NCBI GenBank assembly: GCA_964599625.1
Contig: CAZRGC010000002.1
Coordinates: 7,883-71,882 of the forward strand
From: an uncultured Gammaproteobacteria bacterium
Lineage (GTDB): Bacteria; Patescibacteriota; Microgenomatia; UBA8517
Reading direction: 5' to 3'
DNA length: 64,000 nt
Positions within the stretch are counted from its first letter, which is position 1, and the number at the start of each line of letters is the position of its first letter. The notes beneath the pieces were generated by a model. That model was not told the DNA's origin. It did not search any database and saw only the letters and a list, made by a program, of their open reading frames with translations. The position numbers were made by a program, and so were the translations under genes. Below, one piece after another: positions 17,057 through 26,516 of this stretch.

Positions 17057-18010
17057 CTACGCCTTCGTGTAAAACACGGATCTTCCGCGGCCCTGGGAGA
17101 GAAGTAGCCCCAGGTTCATAAGTTTGGAAAGGTCCCTGGAAGCTGTAATTTGCGAAACCCCAAACATTTTTTGATAATCTTTATTTGTGATTTTGGTGCC
17201 AGGTTTATCCATTTGTGCTAATAATTCCTTTTGCCTGATACTTAGCTTGACCAACGACTCACTTCGTTTATGGGGGACTGTTATTTTTTGGATAATGTCC
17301 AGAGTTTTTTCCAACGCCTGAACCATGCCGTCCGCATAATACTCTAGCCAAGTGGTTATTCCGGGATTTACAGAAAATTTACTTGTAAATGCAGTGTATT
17401 TTTCAATGTTTAACTTATGAAACATATCTACGCTGTACATTCCCCGAATGTCATAGCCATTTTTGTAAAGTGTAAGGTAAGCCAATAGCCCTGCAACCAT
17501 GTTGTTTCCATATTCCAAAAGCCTTGCGCTTACAAACTCGGAGTGCATTATGCCTGCAAGGACAATCGGATGGTCTTTACCCTGATTAAGGAAGTTGAGT
17601 GCGTTAACAACCATTTTGGTCGACATATCTGTAACACCTTTCATCTTTCCCATGTAAGGCTTGCAAGCCAATAAATATATTTTTTTAACAGTATCTGTTG
17701 TTATTGGGTTTGGGTTAACAGTCCATTCTTCGTGTATATAATCAAAAAATTTTTTTAATGCAAAGATTTTTAGTTGAATTTGAGTTGGTTTCTTGGGGAA
17801 GGGGGATTCCAATATCTTTTCTATTTCGTATGGTTCCATATCATCACCATCCAAAGAAAGAATCCATCTGATTTTGTCTATTCTAAAAAACCACAAAAGG
17901 TCTCGCTCTACTTTGGTATTAATTGGGGTCGTTAATATTTTTATTCTAAGTCTGTCGGCGTTTGCCAACGATGATTTTATCTTTTCTGTAAGAGTATATG
18001 AGGTGTTCAT
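17057..18010 (-). CDS. Fic-family protein with degenerate active site and C-terminal wHTH
   Basis: HPIVLAGIMHSEFVSARLLEYGNNMVA replaces HPFxDGNGRxxR; ITNKDYQKMFGVSQITASRDL HTH. Confidence 0.75.
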   Translation of the reverse strand: MNTSYTLTEKIKSSLANADRLRIKILTTPINTKVERDLLWFFRIDKIRWILSLDGDDMEPYEIEKILESPFPKKPTQIQLKIFALKKFFDYIHEEWTVNPNPITTDTVKKIYLLACKPYMGKMKGVTDMSTKMVVNALNFLNQGKDHPIVLAGIMHSEFVSARLLEYGNNMVAGLLAYLTLYKNGYDIRGMYSVDMFHKLNIEKYTAFTSKFSVNPGITTWLEYYADGMVQALEKTLDIIQKITVPHKRSESLVKLSIRQKELLAQMDKPGTKITNKDYQKMFGVSQITASRDLSKLMNLGLLLSQGRGRSVFYTKA

Positions 18011-18248
18011 GGTGTATTACATTTTTTGTATCATATACTTATCATTGAGTCAAATTTTTTAGATATTAAAAAATCGAGGCTATTTTATAAAAAATGATAA
18101 GATTACGATAAGATTAAATATATCATCAAATACCCATTGACAGGATTATTACTATAGTAGGATACTTAATGTAGATTATTAGCTGCCCGCTTCAATAATT
18201 TAAAAAGAATCGGACAACTCTTGATCTTTAGAATGGAGGTGATCCGAC

Positions 18249-18389
18249 TTGTTTAACAACATTGGTACGTCAGAATTAGTAGTAATCGCATTAGTATTGT
18301 TGTTGCTTTTTGGTGGCAAAAAGCTCCCGGAGTTGGCACGAGGAATTGGCGACTCTATTAGGGAATTTAAAAAGGCCGTCAAAAGCTAG
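18249..18389 (+). CDS. tatA: Twin-arginine translocase TatA/E subunit (46 aa, not in the ORF track)
   Basis: GGAGGT SD, TTG start: [46 protein letters not shown]. Confidence 0.92.
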   Translation: MFNNIGTSELVVIALVLLLLFGGKKLPELARGIGDSIREFKKAVKS

Positions 18390-18399
18390 TCACATAAAA

Positions 18400-20955
18400 A
18401 TGAAAAACGCCAGAACTGTCCTACGCGTTTTCTCTCTGGCATTGAGTCTCTATCTGGCTGCAGCTTATTTTTTGGAAAGTGAAGTCCAAGCCGCAGCCGG
18501 GGGGATTCAAAGTTGTACTGTTGGTTCCACCTGCAAGGTGGGCGAGTTTTTGTATGATGACACTTCCACCCCAATATCCGGTGCAAGCTGTACTATAACC
18601 TCCAAGTATCCCGATAATTCAAGTTTTCTTTCGTCTCAGGCTATGAGTGGGGGTGGGGCAGATGGCTGGTATTATCATGAATTTACAACACCGTCTACAA
18701 CTGGCGTGTATCCAACTAGTGTTTGTTGCACCACAAGCGGTGACACACTTTGTATCGACAAAGGTTTTGAGTCAAAAGCCGCAAGTGCTACCGACACAGC
18801 ATCAATTGCATCCGCCGTATGGTCATATTCATCAAGAACGGTGTCTTCGTTTGGAACGCTGATTTCGGATATTTGGAATAACGCAACAAGAACAATTACG
18901 GGTGCAGGTCTATCAAGCGGACAACTTGCAACTCAAGATGATGTTGTTTCGGTCAGAAATAATGTAAATACCCTGCAAGATACTGTTGACAATCTTTCGG
19001 AGACAAACGGAGATCTAACTTCCATTGAGAAAAAAGTTGATGAGAACCGAATACTCCTGGAAAAGATAGTAAACAAACCGATTATCGAAAACGTATTGGA
19101 GGACACAACACCGGATCTAACTCAAAAAATAAAAGACTCCAGGGCGGTTGCTAATCAGTTGTTTGTGAATAATCAATTCCTTACTGCACAGAGCGCGCTT
19201 TTGAGTTCAAAGTTGTCGGGTCTTTCCGGGCGGGACACATTGAATTTTGTGATTTCATTATCCGGAATAGTGGGTGAACCTTCCGATACATCAAGCGCCA
19301 ATACAATGTTTGGCCAGGTGAACTTTCTCAGAGATTCGTGGAATTGGGAGGAGGCGGATCTTTTGCAGACAAAGCTTACTTCTGTCCAAAAGAGCCTTTC
19401 GGATTTGCAATCGGGCCTTGTAGATTACGAAAAAACTCCGCAAATGGCCTTTACGGTTAAACAAGTTGTCAAAGATTCACTGGCATTCGAAAAAGTTGTG
19501 GGAACAACGGTAGACAAAGAAGGTAAAAAGACTGTTTTCTCCAGGCTTTTATACACAGAAGGACTTGTTGCCAAACTTGATGAACGTGGCAAACAAGCGC
19601 AGTTGGTGTTGGGTGAGTATACAAAAACAAAAGATGACGCGACTGCCATCTCCAAAATATCCGACCTTAAGGCTCAGGTGATTGCCATAAACAAGGTTCC
19701 ATCTGTGGCATCAAGCCTTGTTGCAGTAAAACTTGACGGAGAAAAATCGATTAAAAACTCTCTCTTGGGTTTAATTGGTGTTGTCAATTCCAACAAAAAA
19801 CTTTTGGCCCTTGGGTCCGGGGAGACATTGGTTAATACCTGGTTGGAGTTGGGCAGTATCGTATTCAAAACAATTGCCACAAATCCGTCGACATTGATTT
19901 CGCAGGATGTGGAAATTAAGTACTATCTGCCCAAAGAGATAAGGCAGGAAGACGTTATCAAGACAGATGCCGGTCTTGAAGCAAAGTACGATGCGGAAAA
20001 AGATCAGATGTTTGTCCAGGGAAAGTTTAACCTTAAACCGGGTCAAACAAGAACATTCGAGATCGAAACCAAAGACATATGGGAAGTTACGCCCCAAGAA
20101 ATCGCAAGTTTCCGCTCGGAGATCAACGACCTTTTTAAGCCGTTGGAGAAAACAGCCTTCTTTGCTCAAGGTATAAGCCTGAAAAGCGACGCGCTTGCCT
20201 CACTTGACCAGATTGAGGCATTGCAGGCAAATGCAATAACACCTGAGGACAAAATTAGGTCTTATAGAGAGGCTGATATTCTTAAAAATTCAGTAGAAAC
20301 AAAAGTTGCCGGATTAAGGGACTTGGTTGCTCAGGCGAGCTCCGCCGGGAGCATGCTTGGGTTCGTTGGTGGCTCACAAACAATCGCCGTTTGGGGGATG
20401 ATAATAATGGTGGTTGCGGGATTTGTTGTTCTTTTGACCTACATGAAGTCTTTGATGTCGCCCAAAAAAGTCCAAAAGGTTAAAGAAGAAAAATCGGATG
20501 TTGTTAAGGCGGAGAAGCCTGTGTCTGCCAATCATGGCAAAAAAGGGTTGCACCCATTTGGTTTTGCTGCAATTGTGATTGCCACAAGTGCGGTAACCGC
20601 AGGTGCAACAACATATCTTGTCACAAAATCCGTATCCCAAACTTACGAAGCAAAACTCAAAGTTTTGGGTGAACAAACAGAGAAAAAAGAGTCCGAAGAA
20701 AAAATAAATTACGCGACTCCGGATGCTTCGCCTGCACCTGAAAGTTTTGGAGTAGGTGGGCAATACACAGTTGTCGTAAACGATACACCAACCGGATATC
20801 TCAAGGTAAGATCTTCCCCGGGCGGTGTCGAAATAGGGCATGTTATTCCTGGCGACAAACTAATGTATATAAGCGAGAATACGGATTGGTATCAAGTTGA
20901 GCTTAAGTCGGGGGACACCGGATGGATCTCCAAAAAATATTCAGTGATGGAGTGA
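18400..20955 (+). CDS. Large secreted/membrane protein with coiled-coils, late TM segments and C-terminal SH3b domain
   Basis: Sec-type signal ending VQA; Ig-like Cys-containing N-domain; IASAVWSYSSRT/ISDIWNNATRT repeats; LKVRSSPGG...WYQV...GWISKKY SH3. Confidence 0.8.
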   Translation: MKNARTVLRVFSLALSLYLAAAYFLESEVQAAAGGIQSCTVGSTCKVGEFLYDDTSTPISGASCTITSKYPDNSSFLSSQAMSGGGADGWYYHEFTTPSTTGVYPTSVCCTTSGDTLCIDKGFESKAASATDTASIASAVWSYSSRTVSSFGTLISDIWNNATRTITGAGLSSGQLATQDDVVSVRNNVNTLQDTVDNLSETNGDLTSIEKKVDENRILLEKIVNKPIIENVLEDTTPDLTQKIKDSRAVANQLFVNNQFLTAQSALLSSKLSGLSGRDTLNFVISLSGIVGEPSDTSSANTMFGQVNFLRDSWNWEEADLLQTKLTSVQKSLSDLQSGLVDYEKTPQMAFTVKQVVKDSLAFEKVVGTTVDKEGKKTVFSRLLYTEGLVAKLDERGKQAQLVLGEYTKTKDDATAISKISDLKAQVIAINKVPSVASSLVAVKLDGEKSIKNSLLGLIGVVNSNKKLLALGSGETLVNTWLELGSIVFKTIATNPSTLISQDVEIKYYLPKEIRQEDVIKTDAGLEAKYDAEKDQMFVQGKFNLKPGQTRTFEIETKDIWEVTPQEIASFRSEINDLFKPLEKTAFFAQGISLKSDALASLDQIEALQANAITPEDKIRSYREADILKNSVETKVAGLRDLVAQASSAGSMLGFVGGSQTIAVWGMIIMVVAGFVVLLTYMKSLMSPKKVQKVKEEKSDVVKAEKPVSANHGKKGLHPFGFAAIVIATSAVTAGATTYLVTKSVSQTYEAKLKVLGEQTEKKESEEKINYATPDASPAPESFGVGGQYTVVVNDTPTGYLKVRSSPGGVEIGHVIPGDKLMYISENTDWYQVELKSGDTGWISKKYSVME

Positions 20956-20958
20956 TCT

Positions 20959-21348
20959 TCAGATATAGGAGTTATACAACCAGTGAACAAAGATTGCTAC
21001 AATGGTTGCTATCAAAGACGTAAGGTAACCCCTCCTGGTACCCAAATAAATGATTAAAAACGTAAATGAATGGAGAACCGATGTAAGCAAGAAACGGACC
21101 CCCAAAAGCCTCACATCGCCGTACAGGTTAATTTTAAAGATATATAACACCGTCTCTGACATTGCAAAAAAAACACCTGCAAGTAGTGCGGATTTTATTC
21201 CATTTTTTTGTGATGGTCCGCGGTTAATAATAAATAAAACTACTGCAAGTTTAAAAAGCTCTTCAACAAAATGGGGGTAGGGAAGGAGAAGCTCAATAGG
21301 CCACACCAAAAAAGGTCCAAAAAGGGAGAACAATAGAGAATAGTGCAT
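20959..21348 (-). CDS. Minimal PrsW-family intramembrane metalloprotease
   Basis: EELFK, FAMSE, LHS and HWLYN motifs in four TM helices. Confidence 0.7.
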   Translation of the reverse strand: MHYSLLFSLFGPFLVWPIELLLPYPHFVEELFKLAVVLFIINRGPSQKNGIKSALLAGVFFAMSETVLYIFKINLYGDVRLLGVRFLLTSVLHSFTFLIIYLGTRRGYLTSLIATIVAIFVHWLYNSYI

Positions 21349-21421
21349 AGCGTTTAGCGTATAGTTCTAATCTTGGTTCCTAACTAACTATACCCTATAC
21401 GCTGTAATCTATGCCCATGTT

Positions 21422-21562
21422 TTATTTTTTGGTCGATTTCTTGAATTCGCGGATAGCGTCTCCTATTCCTTTTCCAAGTTCGGGAAGTTTTTTGCCTCCG
21501 AAAAGGACCAAAAGAATTACAAAAATAACTACCAATTCTGTCATGCCGATATTTTTAAACAT
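21422..21562 (-). CDS. tatA: TatA/E subunit (46 aa, not in the ORF track)
   Basis: [46 protein letters not shown]; GGGGGT SD. Confidence 0.92.
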   Translation of the reverse strand: MFKNIGMTELVVIFVILLVLFGGKKLPELGKGIGDAIREFKKSTKK

Positions 21563-21590
21563 TTTTTTGCACCCCCTTTCAATAAACCAA

Positions 21591-22331
21591 TTACTCTTTA
21601 ATCAAAATCCTGCTCAATATTAATGTAACCTCGAATAAAATTACAAGAGGCATCGCCAGAAGAATATCTGCAAGAATTGAATCGATTGGCAAAAGTACAG
21701 CAAATACCAGTGCGCCAAAGTATACCCATTTGCGCTGTTTTTCTATTTGTGGGCGTTTGAGAGCTTTGAATTTCATCAAAAGGAGAAGAACTATCGGGAA
21801 CTGGAAACCAACACCAAGTATGGCCGATGACATAAGAACAACAGATAAAAGTCTGCTTATATCCAATATGTTTCCGATACCCAAAGATGTGGATTGAGAC
21901 AGAAATATCTCGATTTGCCATTTCATTATGAACGCACCGAAACTAAAACCAACCAGGAAAAGTACTATTGAGAACGGTAGAAAATAAAGAAGGGCTTTGT
22001 ACTCTGAACTTTTGAGCGCGGGTTTAAGAAAAGACAATATTTGAGAAATTATCAGCGGAAAAGCAAGGACTATGCCGGTTATAAATCCGCAGGAGAATGC
22101 CAAATTAATAAATTGGAATGGGGATGTAAAAACTATGTTGATACCTTTAAGGCTAAATATATCTACAACAAAACCAATTATTTTTTCGTAAAAAACAAAA
22201 CCTGCTAATGCACCTATCAAAAAAACTGAAGCTGCAAAAAAAACTCTTTTTCTGGCCTCCAATAGCAGGGGATAATACTTGTTTATAGTCTCTTGCATAG
22301 TAGCACCTCCAAGCAATCCTTTTTCATCCAT
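21591..22331 (-). CDS. tatC: Twin-arginine translocase TatC
   Basis: [28 protein letters not shown] and PLVILFE motifs; six TM helices; flanked by tatA genes. Confidence 0.9.
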   Translation of the reverse strand: MDEKGLLGGATMQETINKYYPLLLEARKRVFFAASVFLIGALAGFVFYEKIIGFVVDIFSLKGINIVFTSPFQFINLAFSCGFITGIVLAFPLIISQILSFLKPALKSSEYKALLYFLPFSIVLFLVGFSFGAFIMKWQIEIFLSQSTSLGIGNILDISRLLSVVLMSSAILGVGFQFPIVLLLLMKFKALKRPQIEKQRKWVYFGALVFAVLLPIDSILADILLAMPLVILFEVTLILSRILIKE

Positions 22332-22388
22332 AGTATGAGTTTAAGAAAGAAGCGAGGTTAGTGCAAGTAAATCAAAGAAAAAGTAGAG

Positions 22389-22547
22389 TTATTCTTCTTT
22401 TTCGTCACCGTCGTCTTTAGAAGCTTTTTTATATTCTTGAATTGACTGACCCAAACCTTTGAAGAACTCGGGAATTTTTCTCCCTCCAAAAAGGAAGATA
22501 AGTATTAAAGCTATTACAATAATTTCACCAAGTCCAATTCCTGTCAT
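22389..22547 (-). CDS. tatA: TatA/E subunit (52 aa, not in the ORF track)
   Basis: MTGIGLGEIIVIALILIFLFGGRKIPEFFKGLGQSIQEYKKASKDDGDEKEE. Confidence 0.9.
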   Translation of the reverse strand: MTGIGLGEIIVIALILIFLFGGRKIPEFFKGLGQSIQEYKKASKDDGDEKEE

Positions 22548-22549
22548 TT

Positions 22550-22750
22550 TTATTCTTCTTTTTCTTCCTCGTCTTTTTCTACACTATCTTTGGCGTCCTT
22601 GAAGTCGTCTTTTATTTTTTTGAACTCTTTTGTGGTTTCACCGGCTGCTTTGCCAAGCTCAACAATTTTTTTGCTTCCGAAGAAAACGATAATGATAACC
22701 CCAATTACTATTAGTTCGCCGAGTCCGATATTTTTAATGAAATTGAACAT
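22550..22750 (-). CDS. tatA: TatA/TatB-family subunit
   Basis: IGLGELIVIGVIIIVFFGSKKIVELGKAAGETTKEFKK. Confidence 0.85.
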   Translation of the reverse strand: MFNFIKNIGLGELIVIGVIIIVFFGSKKIVELGKAAGETTKEFKKIKDDFKDAKDSVEKDEEEKEE

Positions 22751-22799
22751 GCTACAAGTGCATACTATGACTAACTAAATCAAAATGCAAGTAGTAAAA

Positions 22800-22835
22800 A
22801 TAGGGGTTAGGGATTAGTGATTAGGGTATAGTTGG
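22800..22835. repeat. Left heptamer array flanking the four-helix-bundle gene
   Basis: TAGGGGT TAGGGAT TAGTGAT TAGGGTA TAGTT. Confidence 0.75.
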
Positions 22836-22848
22836 GGACAGGGAGTTG

Positions 22849-23214
22849 TTACCGCTTGTAGGCCATTACATATAACATCTTGATGATTTCAGTTAATAGA
22901 ATAATGACATTGTCGAATTCTTCATTGGAGACAAAATCGAGCTCTTTGGCGATAATTAGTTGTGTTTCAACTTCAAGAGATGAGCCATAAGCAATCGAGT
23001 AAAACTGAATATATTCTTTATGAGATCTGCGGCCATATCCTTCTGCAATGTTGGATGCTATTGAGATAGAAGCACGCCTAATTTGGTCTGTTAATGAGTA
23101 AATCTCTGTTTTTGGAAACTTTTTTGTTAGTTTGTAAACAGTTTTTGTGAGGACTATCGACTTTTGCCATACAACCAAGTCTTTGTACGTCAGTATTTTG
23201 TGTCCTTGTGCCAT
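22849..23214 (-). CDS. Four helix bundle protein (23S rRNA IVP family)
   Basis: YKDLVVWQKS...FPKTEIYSLTDQIRRASISIASNIAEGYGR...GSSLEVETQL. Confidence 0.93.
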   Translation of the reverse strand: MAQGHKILTYKDLVVWQKSIVLTKTVYKLTKKFPKTEIYSLTDQIRRASISIASNIAEGYGRRSHKEYIQFYSIAYGSSLEVETQLIIAKELDFVSNEEFDNVIILLTEIIKMLYVMAYKR

Positions 23215-23302
23215 AACTATTCTCAAATCTCTAATCACCATTTCCTAATCACTTTGTTCCTGTTCTATTAACTATTCCCTAGTCCCTAATCTCTAATCAC
23301 TA
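23215..23302. repeat. Right heptamer arrays (inverted orientation)
   Basis: AACTATTCCCTAGTCCCTAATCTCTAATCACTA plus a degenerate upstream copy. Confidence 0.75.
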
Positions 23303-24598
23303 CTTAAGAGAGGCAATTGTCGCTTTTACTTTTGCATCCTTTAGGTTGCGCCCTGCAGTGCCTGGAGTTACATGGCCGGAGATAACCTCGTCCCAGACGG
23401 CATCGGCAATTGCGCTAGCCGACTCTCCGCCTGCTTGAGTTTCTATAAATGTTCCTGTTCCGTTGTCGCGGGTTGCCGCAACAGAGTTGCCAGAGAAGGT
23501 GTGATTGAGTCTGACTCCCGTTCTTGTTACGCCGGTTCCCACATCAATCCCATAACCGGTGTTGTTGAATATAAGATTTGTTTCAAAAATATTGTCGGTG
23601 ACACCTGACCCGGAAAGGTCGATTCCGTCTGCGCCGTTGCCTGAAAGAATACTTTGTCTCACATTTAGTTTTGTTGTGGTTGCACCAATTTTTATTCCTG
23701 TTCCGGTAGAATCTTCAATTGCGCAGGTGTCAATTTGAGTCCTTGAGGAGCTACTGATATCTATTCCGTTTCCTGTGACTGATTTGATCCAACAGTTTTT
23801 GACGAGGCAATTATCGCCGGTAATTGTTATCCCGTTATCTGTTCCACCGGCTGCAGTTTGTACATAAAACCCTTCAAACTCCACCGTGTCACCGCTGATG
23901 TTGACGGTTGGGGACCCATTTGTTGTTGGAACGAGTTGGAACTGATATCCTGCACCCCGGACTTTGAGTCCTGCTTTGGTAATTGTCAGTTTTTCTGTTG
24001 TGGTTGTGACACCACCACTTGCCGTGGCGAGTGCAAAAATAATATCTCCCGCACCGGCTGTGGCCAGAGTTTGAGCTTGGGCAAATGTTGCAACTGCCTT
24101 TGCGGGGGTAAGTCCGTCATTGGCATCACTGCCGCTTGTTGGATTCCAGTAATAAATTGTTCCGACACTTCTGCTTCTACCCCTCAGACTTTCCAACATG
24201 TAAAGTGTTGCATAATCTGCATCTGCTTGAATAATAGATGGGGAAGTGGATTGGGCAATGTTTACCTGAGTAAACGCGGTTGGTTTTATCGGGTTATTTG
24301 AATATTGATTAACAGCAACCAGGTTGCCTCCTGAAACCGTACAAAGAATTGTGTCAGGGCCGGATCTTGCCTCGAACGCAATGCGCCAGTCGTTAATAAG
24401 CTCCAAAGTGATACCGATGTAAGCGCCGCCACCTAGGGACTGTTTGCCATATGCGTTTGCAATATGGCCGTAATCAAGATTTTCCAGCCTTTCTTCGTAC
24501 ACCCGTATTTGGTTTACCAAATCCTGAATAGTTACGGATGTTTGGGGTGCATCTACTTGTATAACTTTTTCGTATTTGAAAAATGTAAGATTTGCCAT
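23300..24598 (-). CDS. Phage virion-like N-domain fused to a right-handed beta-helix
   Basis: No signal peptide; GKQSLGGG..ITLELINDWRI N-domain; GI.I repeats of parallel beta-helix type; C-terminal AIADAVWDE..GH...GTAG motif. Confidence 0.7.
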   Translation of the reverse strand: MANLTFFKYEKVIQVDAPQTSVTIQDLVNQIRVYEERLENLDYGHIANAYGKQSLGGGAYIGITLELINDWRIAFEARSGPDTILCTVSGGNLVAVNQYSNNPIKPTAFTQVNIAQSTSPSIIQADADYATLYMLESLRGRSRSVGTIYYWNPTSGSDANDGLTPAKAVATFAQAQTLATAGAGDIIFALATASGGVTTTTEKLTITKAGLKVRGAGYQFQLVPTTNGSPTVNISGDTVEFEGFYVQTAAGGTDNGITITGDNCLVKNCWIKSVTGNGIDISSSSRTQIDTCAIEDSTGTGIKIGATTTKLNVRQSILSGNGADGIDLSGSGVTDNIFETNLIFNNTGYGIDVGTGVTRTGVRLNHTFSGNSVAATRDNGTGTFIETQAGGESASAIADAVWDEVISGHVTPGTAGRNLKDAKVKATIASLK

Positions 24599-24670
24599 AT
24601 TTTGTTAGCGATTTGAGAATAGGGTATAGGGTGTAGTTTGGCTGTAAAACCGTACGCCAGACACCGTCTG

Positions 24671-25594
24671 CTATCTCGTAAATACTGAGACTTTTATTTT
24701 GGGAATCAAACTTCCGTTTTCTGTTTTGTAGGTAATATCAGGGTGGGCTTTTATCCCCAGGAAATTTTCAACGCCGATGTTTTTCAAAAGCGATGATCCT
24801 TTGTCTAGGCTAATCTCGGTAGAGCTTTCCTGAGAAAATGCCTGTTTGCCTGGATCGTAAATAAAATCTATTCTTTCTGCACTTATGTTTTGCCTAAGTT
24901 TATTAAGGTTCATCCCAGTTGAATTCAGAAGATTCCAGTCTTTGCTTTGTGCGTCATAAAATGACAGGGGAATAAGTCCTTTGTCAAAAAGAGCGACAAA
25001 GTGGCCAATGTGTTCCGCAATTTTAACTGCAAACTCGCCGATGCCAATACTTACTTGCGGGTTGTCCTTAAGATATTCCAATAGGTGCCTGTTTACCAGA
25101 AATATATTCCCTTTTTCATTTTGGGCAAAATATACATAGCTGTTGTTTAGCTGAAAAAGAGGGTTGAGTTTGTATTTGGCAAATATTCTTTTGGTGGCGG
25201 AATCTATGCCGTTTGGATTAAGTGTCAAAAGGTTTGCGTCGTTCACCAAGTAGGCTTGGGTTTGCGGATCAAATATCCTGAGTCCTATGTTTTTTGTAAC
25301 ATTTTTAAGAAGGTTTAACGAAACTCCGTCGTTCCAATCACACGTCAAGGTGATGTGATTTGATATTCTAGTATCAGTTAAATCATGTTTTATATTAGTA
25401 CTTAAAGAAGCGGTGAGGGGTGTTCCCACATAAAAAATAGTCGCAAAGTCGTCGCCTGTTTTTTTGACCTCTATTTCGCCAGTAAAAGTAATCAGGTAAT
25501 CTATTATTTTTTGAAGATTTTCCTTGGGGCTTGCTTCCATCCGTTCAACTGTAAGATGATATTGGACTTGTTTATCGAAATCTTTGTATATCAT
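24671..25594 (-). CDS. Hypothetical cytoplasmic protein
   Basis: 307-aa ORF coupled to the upstream gene by an ATGA overlap. Confidence 0.7.
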   Translation of the reverse strand: MIYKDFDKQVQYHLTVERMEASPKENLQKIIDYLITFTGEIEVKKTGDDFATIFYVGTPLTASLSTNIKHDLTDTRISNHITLTCDWNDGVSLNLLKNVTKNIGLRIFDPQTQAYLVNDANLLTLNPNGIDSATKRIFAKYKLNPLFQLNNSYVYFAQNEKGNIFLVNRHLLEYLKDNPQVSIGIGEFAVKIAEHIGHFVALFDKGLIPLSFYDAQSKDWNLLNSTGMNLNKLRQNISAERIDFIYDPGKQAFSQESSTEISLDKGSSLLKNIGVENFLGIKAHPDITYKTENGSLIPKIKVSVFTR

Positions 25595-25860
25595 TTGGCA
25601 GACCTCTTTAGCTTTTTAAAATATCGGGCCTCTTTTATATCTGCTTTAAGAGAGTTGACCATTTCTTGAATACGCTTTTTTTCTGTCATTTCTTTTTTGA
25701 TTGCATCTTTAAAAATTTGAATATTGGCATTTATCTTTTTCTTGTAACTCAGTAGATCTTTTACACCAAAGCTCCTGTCGATAATAACCTTGTTGGGGTC
25801 GTAGTTGGGGTTGGGGATAGTCCTGACTTTTAGAGCCGGTCTTTTTTTACTTGTTAGCAT
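25591..25860 (-). CDS. Small basic coiled-coil protein
   Basis: Overlaps its neighbours; heptad-like KKKINANIQIFKDAIKKE. Confidence 0.65.
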   Translation of the reverse strand: MLTSKKRPALKVRTIPNPNYDPNKVIIDRSFGVKDLLSYKKKINANIQIFKDAIKKEMTEKKRIQEMVNSLKADIKEARYFKKLKRSAK

Positions 25861-26032
25861 CTATGATTGCAATTATTTGATAGAGTCTTTGAATCTCACG
25901 TTCTTCTTGTTTGTGTTGGCTTTCATCTTGAAACAAGCTAAGGTTTCTTTCCCTTTTTTCTATTTCTGCGGCTACAGAATCACGGTCGTACTGCATGGCT
26001 TCCTCTTTGGTTATGGGTTTGTAATCGTTCAC
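25847..26032 (-). CDS. Small acidic coiled-coil protein
   Basis: GTG start; EIEKRERNLSLFQDE...EIQRLYQII. Confidence 0.55.
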   Translation of the reverse strand: MNDYKPITKEEAMQYDRDSVAAEIEKRERNLSLFQDESQHKQEEREIQRLYQIIAIIDANK

Positions 26033-26078
26033 AGCACAAACATGTTAGCACACAGGTAAATTATTCAAAAGAAGGTGG

Positions 26079-26507
26079 TTAATTAAATCTGTCCCAAAAC
26101 CCTTTTTTCTTGTTTTCGCTTGTTTCCTCTTGAGTTTTTTTGCTAACGAACCTTCCTCCGGGACCTCTAACAACTCTCGTTTGGGGGGTGTTGGGATCTT
26201 CTAGCTCTTCCTGTTCTTTACTTAGCTCTTCTACAACTTCTTCTGCTTCTTCAACCTCTTTTTTATATTCCTCTTTGTCCTGGAACAGATCCCTCTCTTT
26301 CGCCTTTTCGACTTTTTCCAGTTTGGCTTTCTTGGCTTGTGCCGCAGACTTTTCGAGATTTTCAAAATGTTTGTCGATTGCAGACCTTAGTTTGTTCTCT
26401 GAAGACTCACGAAATATCACCATCTCTGCTCTGTTTCTGGCAATGAAAACTATATCATCACCATTTAGTGATTGCGAAATACTGTAACCTTTGTATGAAT
26501 TAGCCAT
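26079..26507 (-). CDS. Charged hypothetical protein
   Basis: E/K-rich helix and RGPGGRFVSKK motif; directly downstream of the 981-aa gene. Confidence 0.7.
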   Translation of the reverse strand: MANSYKGYSISQSLNGDDIVFIARNRAEMVIFRESSENKLRSAIDKHFENLEKSAAQAKKAKLEKVEKAKERDLFQDKEEYKKEVEEAEEVVEELSKEQEELEDPNTPQTRVVRGPGGRFVSKKTQEETSENKKKGFWDRFN

Positions 26508-26516
26508 AATTAACTA

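Noticed and set aside
18310-18399. N-terminal extension of the 881-aa ORF given in the track
   Set aside because: It overlaps the tatA gene in another frame; the ATG at 18400 gives a normal signal peptide.
18200-22778. Short ORFs 18200..18382, 21411..21623 and 22590..22778 that resemble each other
   Set aside because: They are antisense translations of the tatA paralogs, which explains their mutual similarity.
22849-23214. Diversity-generating retroelement (four-helix bundle resembles Avd)
   Set aside because: No reverse transcriptase and no TR/VR pair with adenine-specific mismatches was seen. Paralog similarity among the fibre genes is at the protein level.
16941-24673. CRISPR array
   Set aside because: The repeats are degenerate heptamers in inverted orientation with no constant repeat/unique spacer pattern; no cas genes.
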